Assembly (NCBI GenBank): GCA_043228905.1
Contig: JBHGNT010000017.1
Coordinates: 5,022,001-5,086,000 of the forward strand
Direction: 5' to 3'
Source: Azolla caroliniana
Taxonomy: Eukaryota; Plantae; Polypodiophyta
DNA: 64,000 bases
Shown here one piece after another: positions 1 through 12,968 of this stretch. Each line of letters begins with the position of its first letter. The stretch's first letter is position 1. The position numbers and the translations under genes were made by a program. Under the pieces are notes generated by a model. The model was not told the DNA's origin, ran no database searches, and saw only the letters and a program-made list of their open reading frames with translations.

Positions 1-2365
1 TATGCCGACTGAAGAAGTCCCTTTACGGACTGAAGCAAGCCCCGCGTGCCTGGAACGCGAAGATCACGCAACAACTGCGTCGGATGGGCTTTGTCACGTC
101 AAAATCGGACTCTTCCCTGTTCATCCGGAAAGGTCGACTCGAACCGGTTAGTATTTTACTATATGTTGAGGACTTGGTCATCACCGGCGCCGACCTAGGA
201 GAAATCGACCGCGTGAAGCTCCAGCTTGCGGCATCGTTCGACATGAAGGATTTGGGGGACCTTCATTATTTCCTCAGGATCAAAGTGATCCGTACCCCCG
301 AAGGCATATTGATCAGCCAATGTCATTACGTTGTCGCGTTCCTACGCGCGTGCGTGGAGAAGGGCGGGACCACGGGGGTCTTGGACTAAGGAGTAGAGGA
401 GAAGGAATCGGACATGGAATGGAAGCTTTGCTCAAGAAGAAGAAGAATGAACAAGAGATTAGATCGAACAAGAGGAAGATGGAGACAAGATGATCAACAA
501 GATATATTAAAACGAAATGAACGATTACAAAATGGTGGCCGCATAGGCCGCACCACACGACTCCTCGAAACCCTAACCGACGAAGATGAAGATAAAGATA
601 AAGAAACCCTAACCCTAACCCTAACACCACACGACTCCTCGAAACCCTAACCGACGAAGATGAAGATAAATATAAAGAAACCCTAACCCTAACCCTAACG
701 CTCGACCTATGTGGTATACCTCGCACACTCAAAATAGGCAACCCCCACAATGGTGCCTTCTCTCTCCTTTTATAGCACAAGGAGGGAAGACCGTTTTCAA
801 AAGTGAGACTAAAATATCCCCTTTCATTCAAAGGGGATATTTGCCTTGATTTGGGGAAGGGTGAGATTGATGGCCCCTTAACTCCCACCTCCTCACAAAC
901 AACTAGGTACCTATGTACCGCATAGTACCTCTCTCTCTCTCGCACGTGGATGTGCGCACAAGACCACATCACCTTTATACCTTAGGGATCTTATGGGGGC
1001 ATTCCTAGCACCATGCACTTTACCCTTATTACTATTACAAATACATTATGTACGTGTGCAACGTTGCACATCGCTCTTTGGCTCTCGTTGCTCGGGTTTC
1101 CGCTTGTGGACGAAAATGTTCATGACAACGTGCTGAGTATGCTCTTCAAATTCGGGATGACCGATTGTAAGTCCGTCTCGACTCCTCTAGACAAAACTGT
1201 CAAGCTTCGTCCGGATACGGGAAATGTATGCAACCCGACAAGGTTCCGACAAATTGTCGGAAGCCTCATATACTTGACCATCACCCGACCCGACCTCAGT
1301 TATCCAGTCGGAGTGATCAGTCAGTTCATGGCGCGACCTACCGAGGAGCACCTCCAGTGTGCGCAACACATACTTTGGTATGTGAACGGCACTAAGGACC
1401 GGGGACTGCTATATCAGACCGGTGTAGCCGCGCAGTTAGTCGACTACACCGATGCTGATTGGGCTGGCAACGCCGCCGATCGCCGATCCACGTCCGGATA
1501 CGTGTTCTCCCTCGGGAGTGCCGCGATCGCGTGGAGCAGTAAGAAGCAGACGACAGTTGCATTGTCGAGCACCGAAGCTGAGTACCGAGGAGCGGCTGTC
1601 GCGACATGCGATGCCATATGGTTGAAGCGGCTACTTAAGGACCTGCAAGAGGAGATGTCAGATCCGACGACGATCTACTGCGACAACCTCAGCAACATCC
1701 AGCTCGCAAAAAACCCCGTTTTCCACGCACGGACCAAGCACATTGAGGTGAACTACCATTTCGTTCGTGAGCGTGTTCTTTCCGGTGAAGTCGAACTTCA
1801 GTACGTTCCGACGGATCGGCAGACTGCCGACATCTTCACCAAGCCTCTTGGTCTGGACAAGTTGCAGCAATTCTCAGGTGCGCTCGGATTGCGTCACCTC
1901 AACGTGTCGAACTTGAGGGGGAGAAACAGTCCCGAACGACCAAGCGAGGCAACATCGACTGAAGAAGCCGAGGGCGGACCCGCGGAAAGGAGAGAGCCGA
2001 AGCCAAGCACGCATGGGGAAGATGACGCCATTGAGGGCGAGAAGACCGAAGACAAGTTGGAGACAGTCAACTCGGACGAGAGCGAAAACCGATCGGAGGT
2101 AGCTGAGTTGGTTCAGATGTTTGATTCAGATACGCTGAATCAACTGAGGCCCAAGCGGAAGAAAAGGCAGCAGGAGAAGCGTCAACACCGCAACACCAGA
2201 AGAGCTGATAAGGGCCACATAAGCAGACAAGCTGATCGGAAGGGTCGAAGCGTGCGGAGTCGAACAGGTCGAGGAGCGCGGGCGAGCCGTGAAGCCAGGA
2301 GGAACCAGAGCTGTGAGCCCAAAGATCCCGAAGAACCTCAAGTTGAGCTTGAGGGGGAGTGTTGA
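1..2365 (+). pseudogene. pol: Copia-1 pol 3' part (RT, RNase H, charged C-terminal tail), split by a solo LTR
   Basis: RT motifs LKKSLYGLKQAPRAW and LLYVEDLVITG before 331. The frame resumes at 1132 (HYV|LSMLFKFG). RNase H motifs DADWAG, SSTEAEY, YCDN, HARTKHIEV, ADIFTK. The ORF ends EGEC* inside the LTR. Confidence 0.93.
332..1127 (-). mobile_element. Solo LTR, Gypsy family A (TGTCGCG...CATGACA), 4-bp TSD ACGT
   Basis: Near-identical to LTRs 6391-7111 and 9469-10192. ACGT at 328-331 and 1128-1131. Removing it restores the Copia RT frame. Internal duplication of about 73 bp (555-699). Confidence 0.93.
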
Positions 2366-2814
2366 GAGACAAGCTCAACATTGGCCGGATCGGCTGAAGA
2401 AGCGGAGGACCGGATCGGTTGGGACCGATCGGTTAGGCCAAATGCGTAAGCCGGTATGCAGACCAGTGCATAGGTAGAGCCGGATTGGTGCGTAAACCGG
2501 GAGGCAGTTAGGAAAGATATTCCGTGAGGAATATATTTGGGAGTTAGTGTAGGAGCTCTTAATGAGCATTGAAGTACTGTCAGTACTTCTGTTAGTCCTT
2601 CTAGGACTTGTATAAAAGTGTTCATTAAACACACATATGTATAGAGTGTGGTGAATAGAGATTTAGTACTGTTGTTGAATATAGTTCTTGTTTTTCCTCT
2701 CTCACTCTCTCTGTCTCTCCCGCGTATACTGCGTAAGCTCAAGCTCTCCATTAAACCTGAGTTTTCTTCCTTCTGTTCCGTCTTCATACTTGCTTCCGCA
2801 CATTACTTTTTACA
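2360..2814 (+). repeat. Copia-1 3' LTR
   Basis: Follows PPT GAGGGGGAG (2351-2359). TGTTGAG...TTACA ends. Same start as the Copia-5 LTRs. Confidence 0.85.
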
Positions 2815-4328
2815 ACGTCCAACAATAACTAGGTTACAAGAGGTTGGTTTAAATACCAACTGATCTAGGGTCAATGTCCAAGTTTCTACTAATTACAAAA
2901 CTATCGTTGTATGATGTCCACTAACTAGTGTGAACACTCTCTCTATGGGAAGTTGAGGTCGATCCTGAACACGCCCCTTCGAACTCAACTTCCGTATGTC
3001 GAAAAGTCATTTCGGTTTGGTCTTCAGAATACTTTGATTCGGATGAACCGGCTTTCAGCTTTCGAAATCTTCGAACTTGGTTGTTTGGCTTTTCGGCTTC
3101 ATGCTCGTTGTTCGTTGTACTTCAACTCCTCTGGTCAATTACTTCAGATTCTCGGTTGCTTCCATGTTTATCTCACCTGTTCCTGTCACCTGCTATACTC
3201 CCCCTCAAGCTTGGCAATGTAGAGATTGTGAGACCAAGGTCCAATGCGAATTGCGCGAGTTGTCGACTCCTAAGGCCTTCATAAAGATGTCATCAATTTG
3301 AAGGTTGGTATTGATGTGTTGGAGATCGATTACGCCACCCTAAAAGTGCTCGCGAATGAAGTGGTAATGCACTTCGATGTGTTTAGTTCAGCGCGTGGAA
3401 TACCCGGTTCCGAGCGAGGTACATGTTGCTCATGTTGGTGCAGAAGAGGCGAATTGGATCTGTGATGGGAACACCTAGGTCCTTCAGGATGCGTTTGAGC
3501 CAGACAGCTTCACCTCTGTATTCAGCCTCCATGCTCGATAGTGCGACTGTGGGTTGCTTCTTGCTCCTCCAGGAGATCGTTCCGGTGTCGTGAAGGAAAC
3601 CGACCTTAGTCGGAATCGGTCAAAAGGGTGTATGAACCGGCCCTTACGCGCGGGCTCAAGTATTGATAAGGAGTACATCATTAAGAATAGGCTGGCGTGA
3701 TGTGCATATCCTAGGAAGGGTGTAATAATAGGCTAGTAAATCAAAGTGGATCTCTCTCCGAAGGGACAGAGAATAAAGGTGATGCGACAGGATGTAACGG
3801 TCCCTCCCCAATGGCCTATAAAAGGGGAGGGGTGAAGACATAAAAGGGATCGTGTTTTGGCAAGGACGAGGTGTTGTTGGACTAGGAACCGAGCTCCCTC
3901 CTCCTCTATCGTTGTTTTCTGCAGGCTTTCTGAGTTGGCTACCTCTACTTCGAGGAAAGTCGTGTGCTTTCGGCAAAGGCTCTACTATGTGTGCGTGGGT
4001 GTGTGATTGTCTGGGTTGGGTCTGTCACCGGCTATCCGATTGTAATCTTGCAAACGGTGTAACCTTTATTGTTGTAGGAATCGAATCTCTTGTTCTCTCT
4101 CTCTGTGTGTGTTTCTGTCAGTCTTTCTTTTACGCGAGTGTGCGTCTTGTTCAGTTACTCGTTAGTGGTTCATTCGGCTAGCACGCACTGTCAGTGGCAA
4201 ATGGGCCTAACCGGTCTACGCTTGCGCTCTTCTCCCATGCCGCCTTCTTCTCTCTCTTGCTCCTCGGTTCAGGGGCCCCGCAGTCCCGCCTTATTTCCTA
4301 TGCGAAAGTGGAACAACACGACATTATT

Positions 4329-4346
4329 TGGTGAACCCGACATGAA
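4329..4346 (+). promoter_or_regulatory. PBS complementary to the tRNA-Trp 3' end
   Basis: TGGTGAACCCGACATGAA, 5 nt after the LTR. It matches the plant tRNA-Trp 3' end as recalled (TTCACGTCGGGTTCACCA) with one mismatch. Confidence 0.85.
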
Positions 4347-6390
4347 ACAAGGAGGCAGAGGAGTCGAAGATGAGAGGATTAGAGCTCGCTAAAGCCATGG
4401 AGGCAGGAGTTGACCAGATAGTAAGTGCTCGCGAGGGCATGGGCGCCCTAGACAGGGCCATTGAAGCAATTGTTAGCACAATAGGTCGGTTCGGTGGGAA
4501 GGACACCACGAGCTATTTGGTGGCCTACCGAGACGAGATGGTGATGAGGGACATTCCGGAAGACAGGCGGTTGGTCGGATTCCCTCAGGTGGCAATACCG
4601 GGCATTCACGCGGAGGTGCTCGAGGTGCAGGCCGGATGCCGAGCCGAACCTAGGAAGAGTTCGAGGGGCGGCTCGTCGAAAGGTACGGGCTTGATGACGG
4701 GCTTCGGCTATCGAAGCGAGATTTCATGGATTGGGTGGAGACCCCCGGAAAAGGGAGTAATTCGTCGGCGTTCTCCGGGAGTTTGAAGAACGCTTCGCAC
4801 GGCTCTCGGCACTGGACAGAGTTGTGCTGGACAGGAGCTGTGTCTTCTTGTTTGCCAAAGCCGTGGACGTGCGGGATCGAGATAAGGTGGGTCTCCTACT
4901 GGAGACGGATGACGGGCTGACAGACGACTAGGCCGTGGTGAAGATAGTCTGCGGCCATTTTGACAAATGGCGTGAGTGGGGCGATGAGGGATCGTTGGCG
5001 GCGAGATCCGTCCCGGCAAGGAAGTTCAATGACCCTTCGCCGGCACGAAAGGATGAAACCCGAGATTGGCTCGAGACGGGCTCGACCTCGATCGGCATGG
5101 TCAAGGGTCCATCCGGAGGACCGACTCTTGAGGAGCTGACACAAATGGTGCGCGACCTGCAGATCGCGCAGGCCAGTAGAGACAATGGAGGGCAGCTACA
5201 CGACCAGAGGCCACAGGTTGGACAACGGTGTATGTGGTGCGACGCGGTCGGACACAGCCGGCGAGACTGCGTGGAGTTTGTCGAGGCCCTGAGTGGTAAT
5301 GTGGTGTACTTATGGAATGGATGAGTGCACGCTGGTGATACCCGGGGAGCCGTGGAGACAAATTTCGGGCGCGGCAAGATGAAGTGGTTAATGGAAGAAG
5401 TGGAGGTGCGCCATGTAGAGGCCGTCCATTATTCGACATTGGCCGGAATCCGGGTAGCAGGTAACGAAGACCGGAAAACAAAAGACTCTGGCTTCTGGCC
5501 CTTGGTGCTAGAAGGCCTCTCCGGTGCAAGACTGAAGAGGGAAGAAGTAGACTGCGCAGAGCAACGGGTCCTAGAGGTCACCGGGTGGGACGAACCGGTA
5601 GAAGAGAAGATCGACTTTGTGGAAGCCGAGTGCCAGAACTACGAAGTTCTGGTGGATGATAAGAGGGCAGGGAAGGCTGGTGGGACCACGGCCCCGAATC
5701 GGTACGAAACCCGGTTCGAGCCGAAGAGGGATGAAGCCAACAATTCTGGCATGGCAGACAAAGCAAGGTTGACTCGTTACCGGCTGGGCACCGAAATCGA
5801 AAGGACGAAGGACCTGTGGAAGGTCCTCGAGGAGCAGATTCTCGACAACAAGGTGGAACTGTCGCTGAGGGAGGTGCTTGGGATCGCCAAGAAGGAGTTC
5901 CACTATTCCATCGTGGACTTGGTGAAGCGTAAACGGCTCTCGACGGAGCCGGAGAAGCCGATGGAGGTGCGAACGACATGCCTGGAAGACGCGGCCCAGG
6001 AAGACGAGTTGGTGGAGAGCCACTATTCGATGTTGCACTATGCGAGGGCTACTTCGGAAACCCCCGTTCGGGTCGGGGACGTCTAGGAGCCGGTAGTGGC
6101 GTTGATCGACCACGGGTCGGAGATCAACCTGATGTCTTTGGACTTCTATAAGAAAGGGAAGTGGCTGATTTACACCAAGCACGGGTGGAAGATACAGGCG
6201 GCGACACGCGCCACAGAGGAGCTGCACGGGGCCTACCCAAATGTATGTGTGAAAATCGGCGATGTCGAGATTGATTAGCACTTCTTCGTGCAAGAGACAT
6301 CCTCGTAGCCGGTGATACTTGGCGAACCGTACATTACGGCGCACGCATGGAGACAAAGGTGTTGGATAACGGTTCAGCATACGCACGCGT

Positions 6391-9300
6391 TGTCGCGTTG
6401 TTATGTGCGTGCGTGGAGAAGGGCGGGACCACGGGGGTCTTGGACTAAGGAGTAGAGGAGAGGGAATTGGACATGGAATGGAAGCTTTGCTCAAGAAGAA
6501 GAAGAATGAACAAGAGATTAGATCGAACAAGAGGAAGATGGAGACAAGATGATCAACAAGATATATTTAAACGAAATGAACGATTACAAAATGGTGGCTG
6601 CATAGGCCGCACCAAACGACTACTCGAAACCCTAACTGACGAAGATGAAGATAAAGATAAACAAACCCTAACCCTAACCCTAACGCTCGACCTATGTGGT
6701 ATACCTCGCACACTCAAAATAGGCAACCCCTACAATGGTGCCTTCCCTCTCCTTTTATAGCACAAGGAGGGAATACCGTTTACAAAAGTGAGACTAAAAT
6801 ATCCCCTTTCATTCAAAGGGGATATTTGCCTTGATTTGGGGAGGGTGAGATTGATGGCTCCTTAACTCCCACCTCCACACAAACAACTAGGTACCTATGT
6901 AGCGCATAGTACCTCTCTCTCTCTCTCTCGCGTGGTTGTGCGCACAAGACCACATCACCTTTATACCTTAGGGATCCTATGGGGCATTTCTAGCACCATA
7001 CACTTTACCCTTATTACTATTACAAATACATTATGTACGTGTGCAACGTTGCACATCGCTCTTTGGCTCTCGTTGCTCGGGTTCCGCTTGTGGATGGAAA
7101 TCTTCACGACATCCGCCCCCACCTAACTGCACATCCACCGGTATGTGCCAAAACATAGGGGAGAGAACACGAGATTTTCGGCCACGACGACCGACCGAGT
7201 CCTTAGCGTCCTCGTGGGCCTGCCCGGTTTTGTCTTCCACTTCGAGCAAGACCACCCCGTCCACATGAACCACCGCCGCCTTCCGGTCCACCATCCTCGC
7301 CGAATGGTCTCGAACCGTCGGTGCCATCCGATCCGTCACACTCGATGATGTTCGCCAAGTCGTTGCCTCCACCTGATCCGCCACGTCCCGATTGGCCTCG
7401 CATGTCCTTTGGGACACCGCGTTTTCTCTTCCCGGTGCGTAGCCCTCCGTTCTCAACGCACCTCCTCCGTTTTACTAGATACGACTCTCCGCTCATGCCG
7501 ATTGCGCTCGGCCCATGTCGTCGATCTTGGTGTTTCGCCGCACCGTCCTTTGTCCCGCGCTTGCCTCTCGAAGGCTTGACCCGACCGTCATCGTCGGTCA
7601 ATCGTTGTCGCCCATCCGCCGTATGCATGCTTGTGTCTTGGCCCTCCACCGGCCGTATTGCATGCGTCTCATGTCGCGCTTCCGCCGTAGACCCGACCTC
7701 CGCATCGGTCTCCAACTCCTCGCCGCCACCCACCGTTTCTTCGTTCTCCTTTCGATCCGCGACCGCCGATGCCTCACGGGTAGGTGTGGAGGGTTGCTCC
7801 CACTCTCGGTCCACCACCGAGTTCTCGCCTCTCAAAGGCTCAATCGGTCCACCATTTCCGGTCACTCGTTGACGCTCCCCCGAGTGCATGCTTGTTCCTT
7901 GACCCTCCATCGGCCGTAGTGCATGCTTCACTTCACGCTCATCTGCCGTAGACCCGACCTCCGCGTTGGTCTCTTCGTCCTTCCCACACCGGGCATCCGT
8001 TCCGGTACCCGATTCCACATTGTCTTCCAACTCCTCGCCGCCACCCGCCATCTCTTCGGTCTTCCGTTGATCCACAACTGCCGAAGTCTCAAGCATAGGT
8101 GTGGAGGGCTCCTCTTGCTCTCGGCCTCTCACCGACCTGTACTCGTCGTGCCCGGCTACGAATCGATCAAGCAATCTTGGTCTTGCAGGCTTCCTTCAGT
8201 TCGGGCCCGGTTGACCGGCCCCCGCTTCACTCTTCTTCCGCTCCGCCTCCCGGTCGGGTCGGATTACCGACCGGCTCATTTTTCGGTCGGGTCGTTTCCC
8301 GATCCGCTCCTCGATGCCGCTCTGGACCTCTCCTTCGTCTTTTCGCACGTGCCCACTTCGGGCCTCTCATCCTCACGGCCAACGCCCATCTCTGCGGTCT
8401 TATGTCCGCGCTCGGGAGCAACCGCCGAAGTCTCCGGCCCCGGTGTCGAGGGATCTCGCCCTCATCCGCTACAAACCTCCTCTTCGTCATTTCGGTTGCC
8501 CGCCTTGCCGCCGCCACCATTCGTTACCCTAGGTCTCACGCGGGCACTCGGGCCGGCCGCCGGGGTCTCTTGAACAGGTGCGTGCATGGTAGCTCTAGGT
8601 CTCACGCCGGCAATCGGGCCGACTGCCGGTGCCTCTAGGGCCGGTGTGTGTAAGGACGCGGCACCGCCACTTGTCTCCTCCTCACTCGACGTTTTGGGCC
8701 TCCATGCCTGAACTCCCTCATGTCTGCTCGAACCAGCGATTGCCGCCTCACCATCCCCGACCTCGTCCTCGGTCGATCTTTCTCCGTATGTCGAGAGGGT
8801 GGCTCGCTCCGCACCCTCTCCCATGGTACCGATGTACCATTCTCTTTCGGCCTCCTCATCCTCCGATCCGCTCGGGCTCGACTCTGTAATAAGCCCTTCT
8901 TCAGCTTCGATTTGTGCCTCTACGATCTCGTACGCTTCCCGCAACAAGGCTTCGATGTCGAGCTCCTCCGAACCGATTTGCGTTGAGCTCTCTTCCGGTG
9001 GTAGTGCATAGTCGGTCGCCGCTCTCTCTTCTCCGCCGCTCGTGGGCCGCGTTGTGGCCGACCGCCTCTCATCGCATTGTATGCATGCCCATTCCACCTC
9101 GTTCCAATCTTCGGTGAGGCCGTACGCCCCTTCATCTTCTTCGAGGTAGGGAAAAATGGTCATTCTCCCCCTTTCGTTGATCGACTTCAAGAATAGTGGA
9201 ACCTTGTCCGCCCCCACCGATTCTTGATCCCGGACCGAAAGTTGGGAAAACCGGAGATCGAACTCCCGGAATGCCTTCATCGCGCTTCGAGGAGCCTTTG

Positions 9301-10192
9301 CCGACGACACCCATAGATCAAACTTGCGTCGATCGTACTTGTACGCCTCTTCCCGTCTTTCTCTCCTTCTTGCGTAATCCTTTGCCATTCTCGTAATTAC
9401 TTCTGCGATGTCTCCGTCTTCCATCTCCTTCCTCCCTTGCCGCCTCTTCACGTCGGGTTCACCAAATATGTCGCGTTGTTACGTGCGTGCGTGGAGAAGG
9501 GCGGGACCACGGGGGTCTTGGACTAAGGAGTAGAGGAGAGGGAATCGGACATGGAATGGAAGCTTTGCTCAAGAAGAAGAAGAATGAACAAGAGATTAGA
9601 TCGAACAAGAGGAAGATGGAGACAAGATGATCAACAAGATATATTAAAACAAAATGAACGATTACAAAATGGTGGCCGCATAGGCCGCACCAAACGACTA
9701 CTCGAAACCCTAACCGACGAAGATGAAGATAAAAATAAACAAACCCTAACCCTAACCCTAACGCTCGACCTATGTGGTATACCTCGCACACTCAAAATAG
9801 GCAACCCCTACAATGGTGCCTTCCCTCTCCTTTAATAGCAAAAGGAGGGAATACCGTTTACAAACGTGAGACTAAAATATCCCCTTTCATTCAAAGGGGA
9901 TATTTGCCTTGATTTGGGGAGGGTGAGATTGATGGCCCCTTAACTCCCACCTCCACACAAACAACTAGGTACCTATGTAGCGCATAGTACCTCTCTCTCT
10001 CTCTCTCTCGCGTGGATGTGCGCACAAGACCACATCACCTTTATACCTTAGGGATCCTATTGGGCATTTCTAGCACCATACACTTTACCCTTATTACTAT
10101 TACAAGTACATTATGTACGTGTGCAACGTTGCACATCGCTCTTTGGCTCTCGTTGCTCGGGTTTCCGCTTGTGGAAGAAAATCTTCACGACA
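6391..10192 (-). mobile_element. Non-autonomous (gag-only) LTR element, family A
   Basis: LTRs 6391-7111 and 9469-10192. Trp PBS 9447-9464. PPT 7112-7123. TSD GCGT/GTGT. Internal ORFs are gag-like (8462-9451) and acidic low-complexity (7203-8174), with no protease, RT or integrase motifs. Confidence 0.9.
9447..9464 (-). promoter_or_regulatory. 18-nt tRNA-Trp PBS
   Basis: The plus strand reads TTCACGTCGGGTTCACCA, identical to the recalled 3' end of plant tRNA-Trp(CCA). It lies 4 nt from the LTR. Confidence 0.88.
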
Positions 10193-12968
10193 GTGTGAAA
10201 AGCCAAGATGGGCGGCACTCCGACCAATTTCGGACAGTGCGACCGAACCATGAGCGTAACCGCGAGACCCTCGGCGGCGACATCTGAGGGGATTTTAAGA
10301 GAGGGATATCAAGGCGTAGGGCCGCGATAGTCCAGACACTCTGGCAAAACCCCACAAGTGTACTATAGGTAGGAAGTTTTGGGTCTCGGACAACGGAGGT
10401 TGTACGATAGCCGGTGTCGGTGGCCAGGAGAAGAAGAGGGCCGAGGAACGTTTCAGAGAGTGGGGAGTCCTCTACCCCAACGAAGAAATTAGCAGGGCCA
10501 TGGAGGTGATCTCTTTCGATGACACCCTGGGAGAGTTAGGGCGGGTGGTCAAAGAATGCCTCAATGAAGATCGGGTCGTCTCGGTTATTTCTGTAGAGAT
10601 GTTCGAAGTCATTGCCGACTTCGGGGAGAGGGTCAGGTCGGATCGGACGGCCTACGTAGATGCAAAGTACAAGACTGTGGACCGGAAGGTGAGGCCAATT
10701 GCGGCTCTCCTCCCAGAGGGCAACGAGGAGTGGAAAAAGGGGGTCGCGTCGAACCCAAGTTTACGGAATCCGGCCGGCATAGGACACCGGTTCACCAACA
10801 TAACACTAGGGGAGCTCAAGGTCGGTGGTGGTGGCTTTCTACTCCCGGCGGAGGAGGACCGGTTTTGGTCAATTCTCAGAAGGCACGGGAGGGCCTTCGC
10901 ATTCATGCCGGGGGAGATCGGGTGTGTAGACCCGACGATCGTGGAACCAATGGTGATCTTCATGGTATCGTATGTGCCGTGGAATCTCAAGCCGATTCCG
11001 GTACCCAGAGTTCACATCGCGAAGTTGATGGAGCTGCTGAAGTAGAAGGTGGAGATGGGCATCCTCGAGCCATCGAGTGCCCCATATTCGAATCAATGGT
11101 TTACCATGCCTAAGAAGAATGGCACATTGTGCTTCATTCAGGACCTACAGCCGGTCAACAAGGTGACCATTCGGAACACAGGTGTCGAACCGACCATTGA
11201 CGAGTTCGCGGAGGCCTTCGCCAGAAGGTCGATCTATTCGGTTGGGGATCTGTACTCAGGGTACGATTAGTTCGAACTAACCGTGGAGAGCAGGGACATT
11301 AGGACGATGCGAACTCTCGGCTTCGTGCGGATGTGTACCCTGCCGCAAGGAGGGACCAACTTGGTGGCACACATGGTGAATGCAATAAATAAGGTGTTGA
11401 GGGATTGCATCCCGGACATCACCATGCCATTCATGGACGACATCCCGATAAAAGGGTGCACGGTGGAAGAGAATGATGAGTTGGTCGGGCCGGATGGTTG
11501 CCGAAGATTAGTAATGGACCACATCGGCGACTGCGAGAAGGTGCTTCAAAGACTTGAGGATGTGCGGCTCACCTTCTCCAGTGAGAAATAAGCTTTCAGG
11601 CAGTCGGAGATCCTAGTGGTCGGGCACTTGTGCGGGACTTATGACCAGAAGCTGTCTCCGACAAAGGTAGAAGCCATCTCTGTAATGAAGGAAGAATGCA
11701 AGTCGGTCACGAAGGTGCGGAGGTTCCTAGGCACGTGCGGGTTCTACCATATTTGGATTCCGCACTACGCACACGTCGCGGAGCCGCTCTACCGGTTGCT
11801 GAAGAAGGGGCGTAAATTCGAGTGGGTGAGGAGCATGCAGAGTTGGTTCATAGACTAAAGGAGGTGCTAACCGCGGCACCGGCACTCTGGAAAGCGGTTT
11901 ACGGCAAGGACATCCCAGTTTACATTACGGTAGGCACGAGCTTGACCGGGATAGGATGGGTGGTCAACCAGGAGGATGAAACCGGCACAAGGTTCCCCAT
12001 CTGGTTCGTAGCAAAGGTGCTGAGTGAGAGACAACGAGGATACGCCCAAGTTAAACGCAAACTCTGGGGTATCGTTTTGGTAGTCAAGGCCGATAAAGAC
12101 TACTTGATCGGGACGGAGGTGATAATCGAGACAGACTGCCTATCGATCCTTGGTATGGTTTCCAAATGCACAACGCTGTACCTGGCAATGCACAGGTGGA
12201 TCGCATACATCATGTCCCTGAATCCGGAAATACGGCACATTTTCAGGAAAGACAACACCATGGCCGACATGCTTTCTACATCATAGTGTGACGATGAGGA
12301 CGGCATGGTTCGGAGAGCATGAAGTTTCGGAGAGCGACGGGTGAGTGCAAGCTAGTTTTCTCCAGCATTTGTCCCTCTATGGCGCATACCGGTAGATGCA
12401 CGGTTTGGTGGGGTTGGATGTCGTGAAGGATACCGGCCTTAGGCGGAATCGGTGAAAAGGGTGTATGAACTGGCCCTTACACGCGAGCACAATTATTGAT
12501 AAGGAGTACATCATTAAGAATAGGCTGGCGTGATGTGCATATCCTAGGAAGGGTGTAATAATAGGCTGTAAATCAAAGTGGATCTCTGTCCGAAGGGACA
12601 GAGAATAAAGGTGATGCGACAGGATGTAACGGTCCCTCCCCAGCAGCCTATAAAAGGGGAGGGGTGAAGACATAAAAAGGATCGTGTTTTGGCAAGGACG
12701 AGGTGTTGTTGGACTAGGAACCAAGCTCTCTCCTCCTCTATCGTTGTTTTCTACAGGCTTTCTGAGTTGGTTGCCTCTGCTTCGAGGAAAGTCGTGTGCT
12801 TTCGGCAAAGGTTCTACTGTGTGTGCATGGGTGTGTGATTTTTTGGGTTGGGTCTATCGCCGTCTCTCCGGTTGTAATCTTGCAAATGGTGTAACCTTTA
12901 CTGTTGTAGGAATCGAATCCAATGTTTTCTCTCTGTGTGTGTTTCTATGAGTCTTTCTTTTACGCGAG

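Larger units (their letters stand above)
4370..12290 (+). pseudogene. Gypsy B gag-protease-RT-RNase H, frameshifted, no integrase
   Basis: Zn knuckle CMWCDAVGHSRRDC, protease ALIDHGSEIN, RT FIQDLQPVN / LPQGGTN / PFMDDIP, RNase H DNTMADMLS. Many stop codons. Interrupted at 6391-10192. Confidence 0.9.

Noticed and set aside
414-650. Repeated ORF MEWKLCSRRRR (also at 6467 and 9551) as a gene family
   Set aside because: It lies wholly within family A LTRs, so the repetition reflects LTR copies. No protein motifs.
7321-8638. Long plus-strand ORFs in element A
   Set aside because: Antisense shadows of a GC-rich minus-strand ORF.
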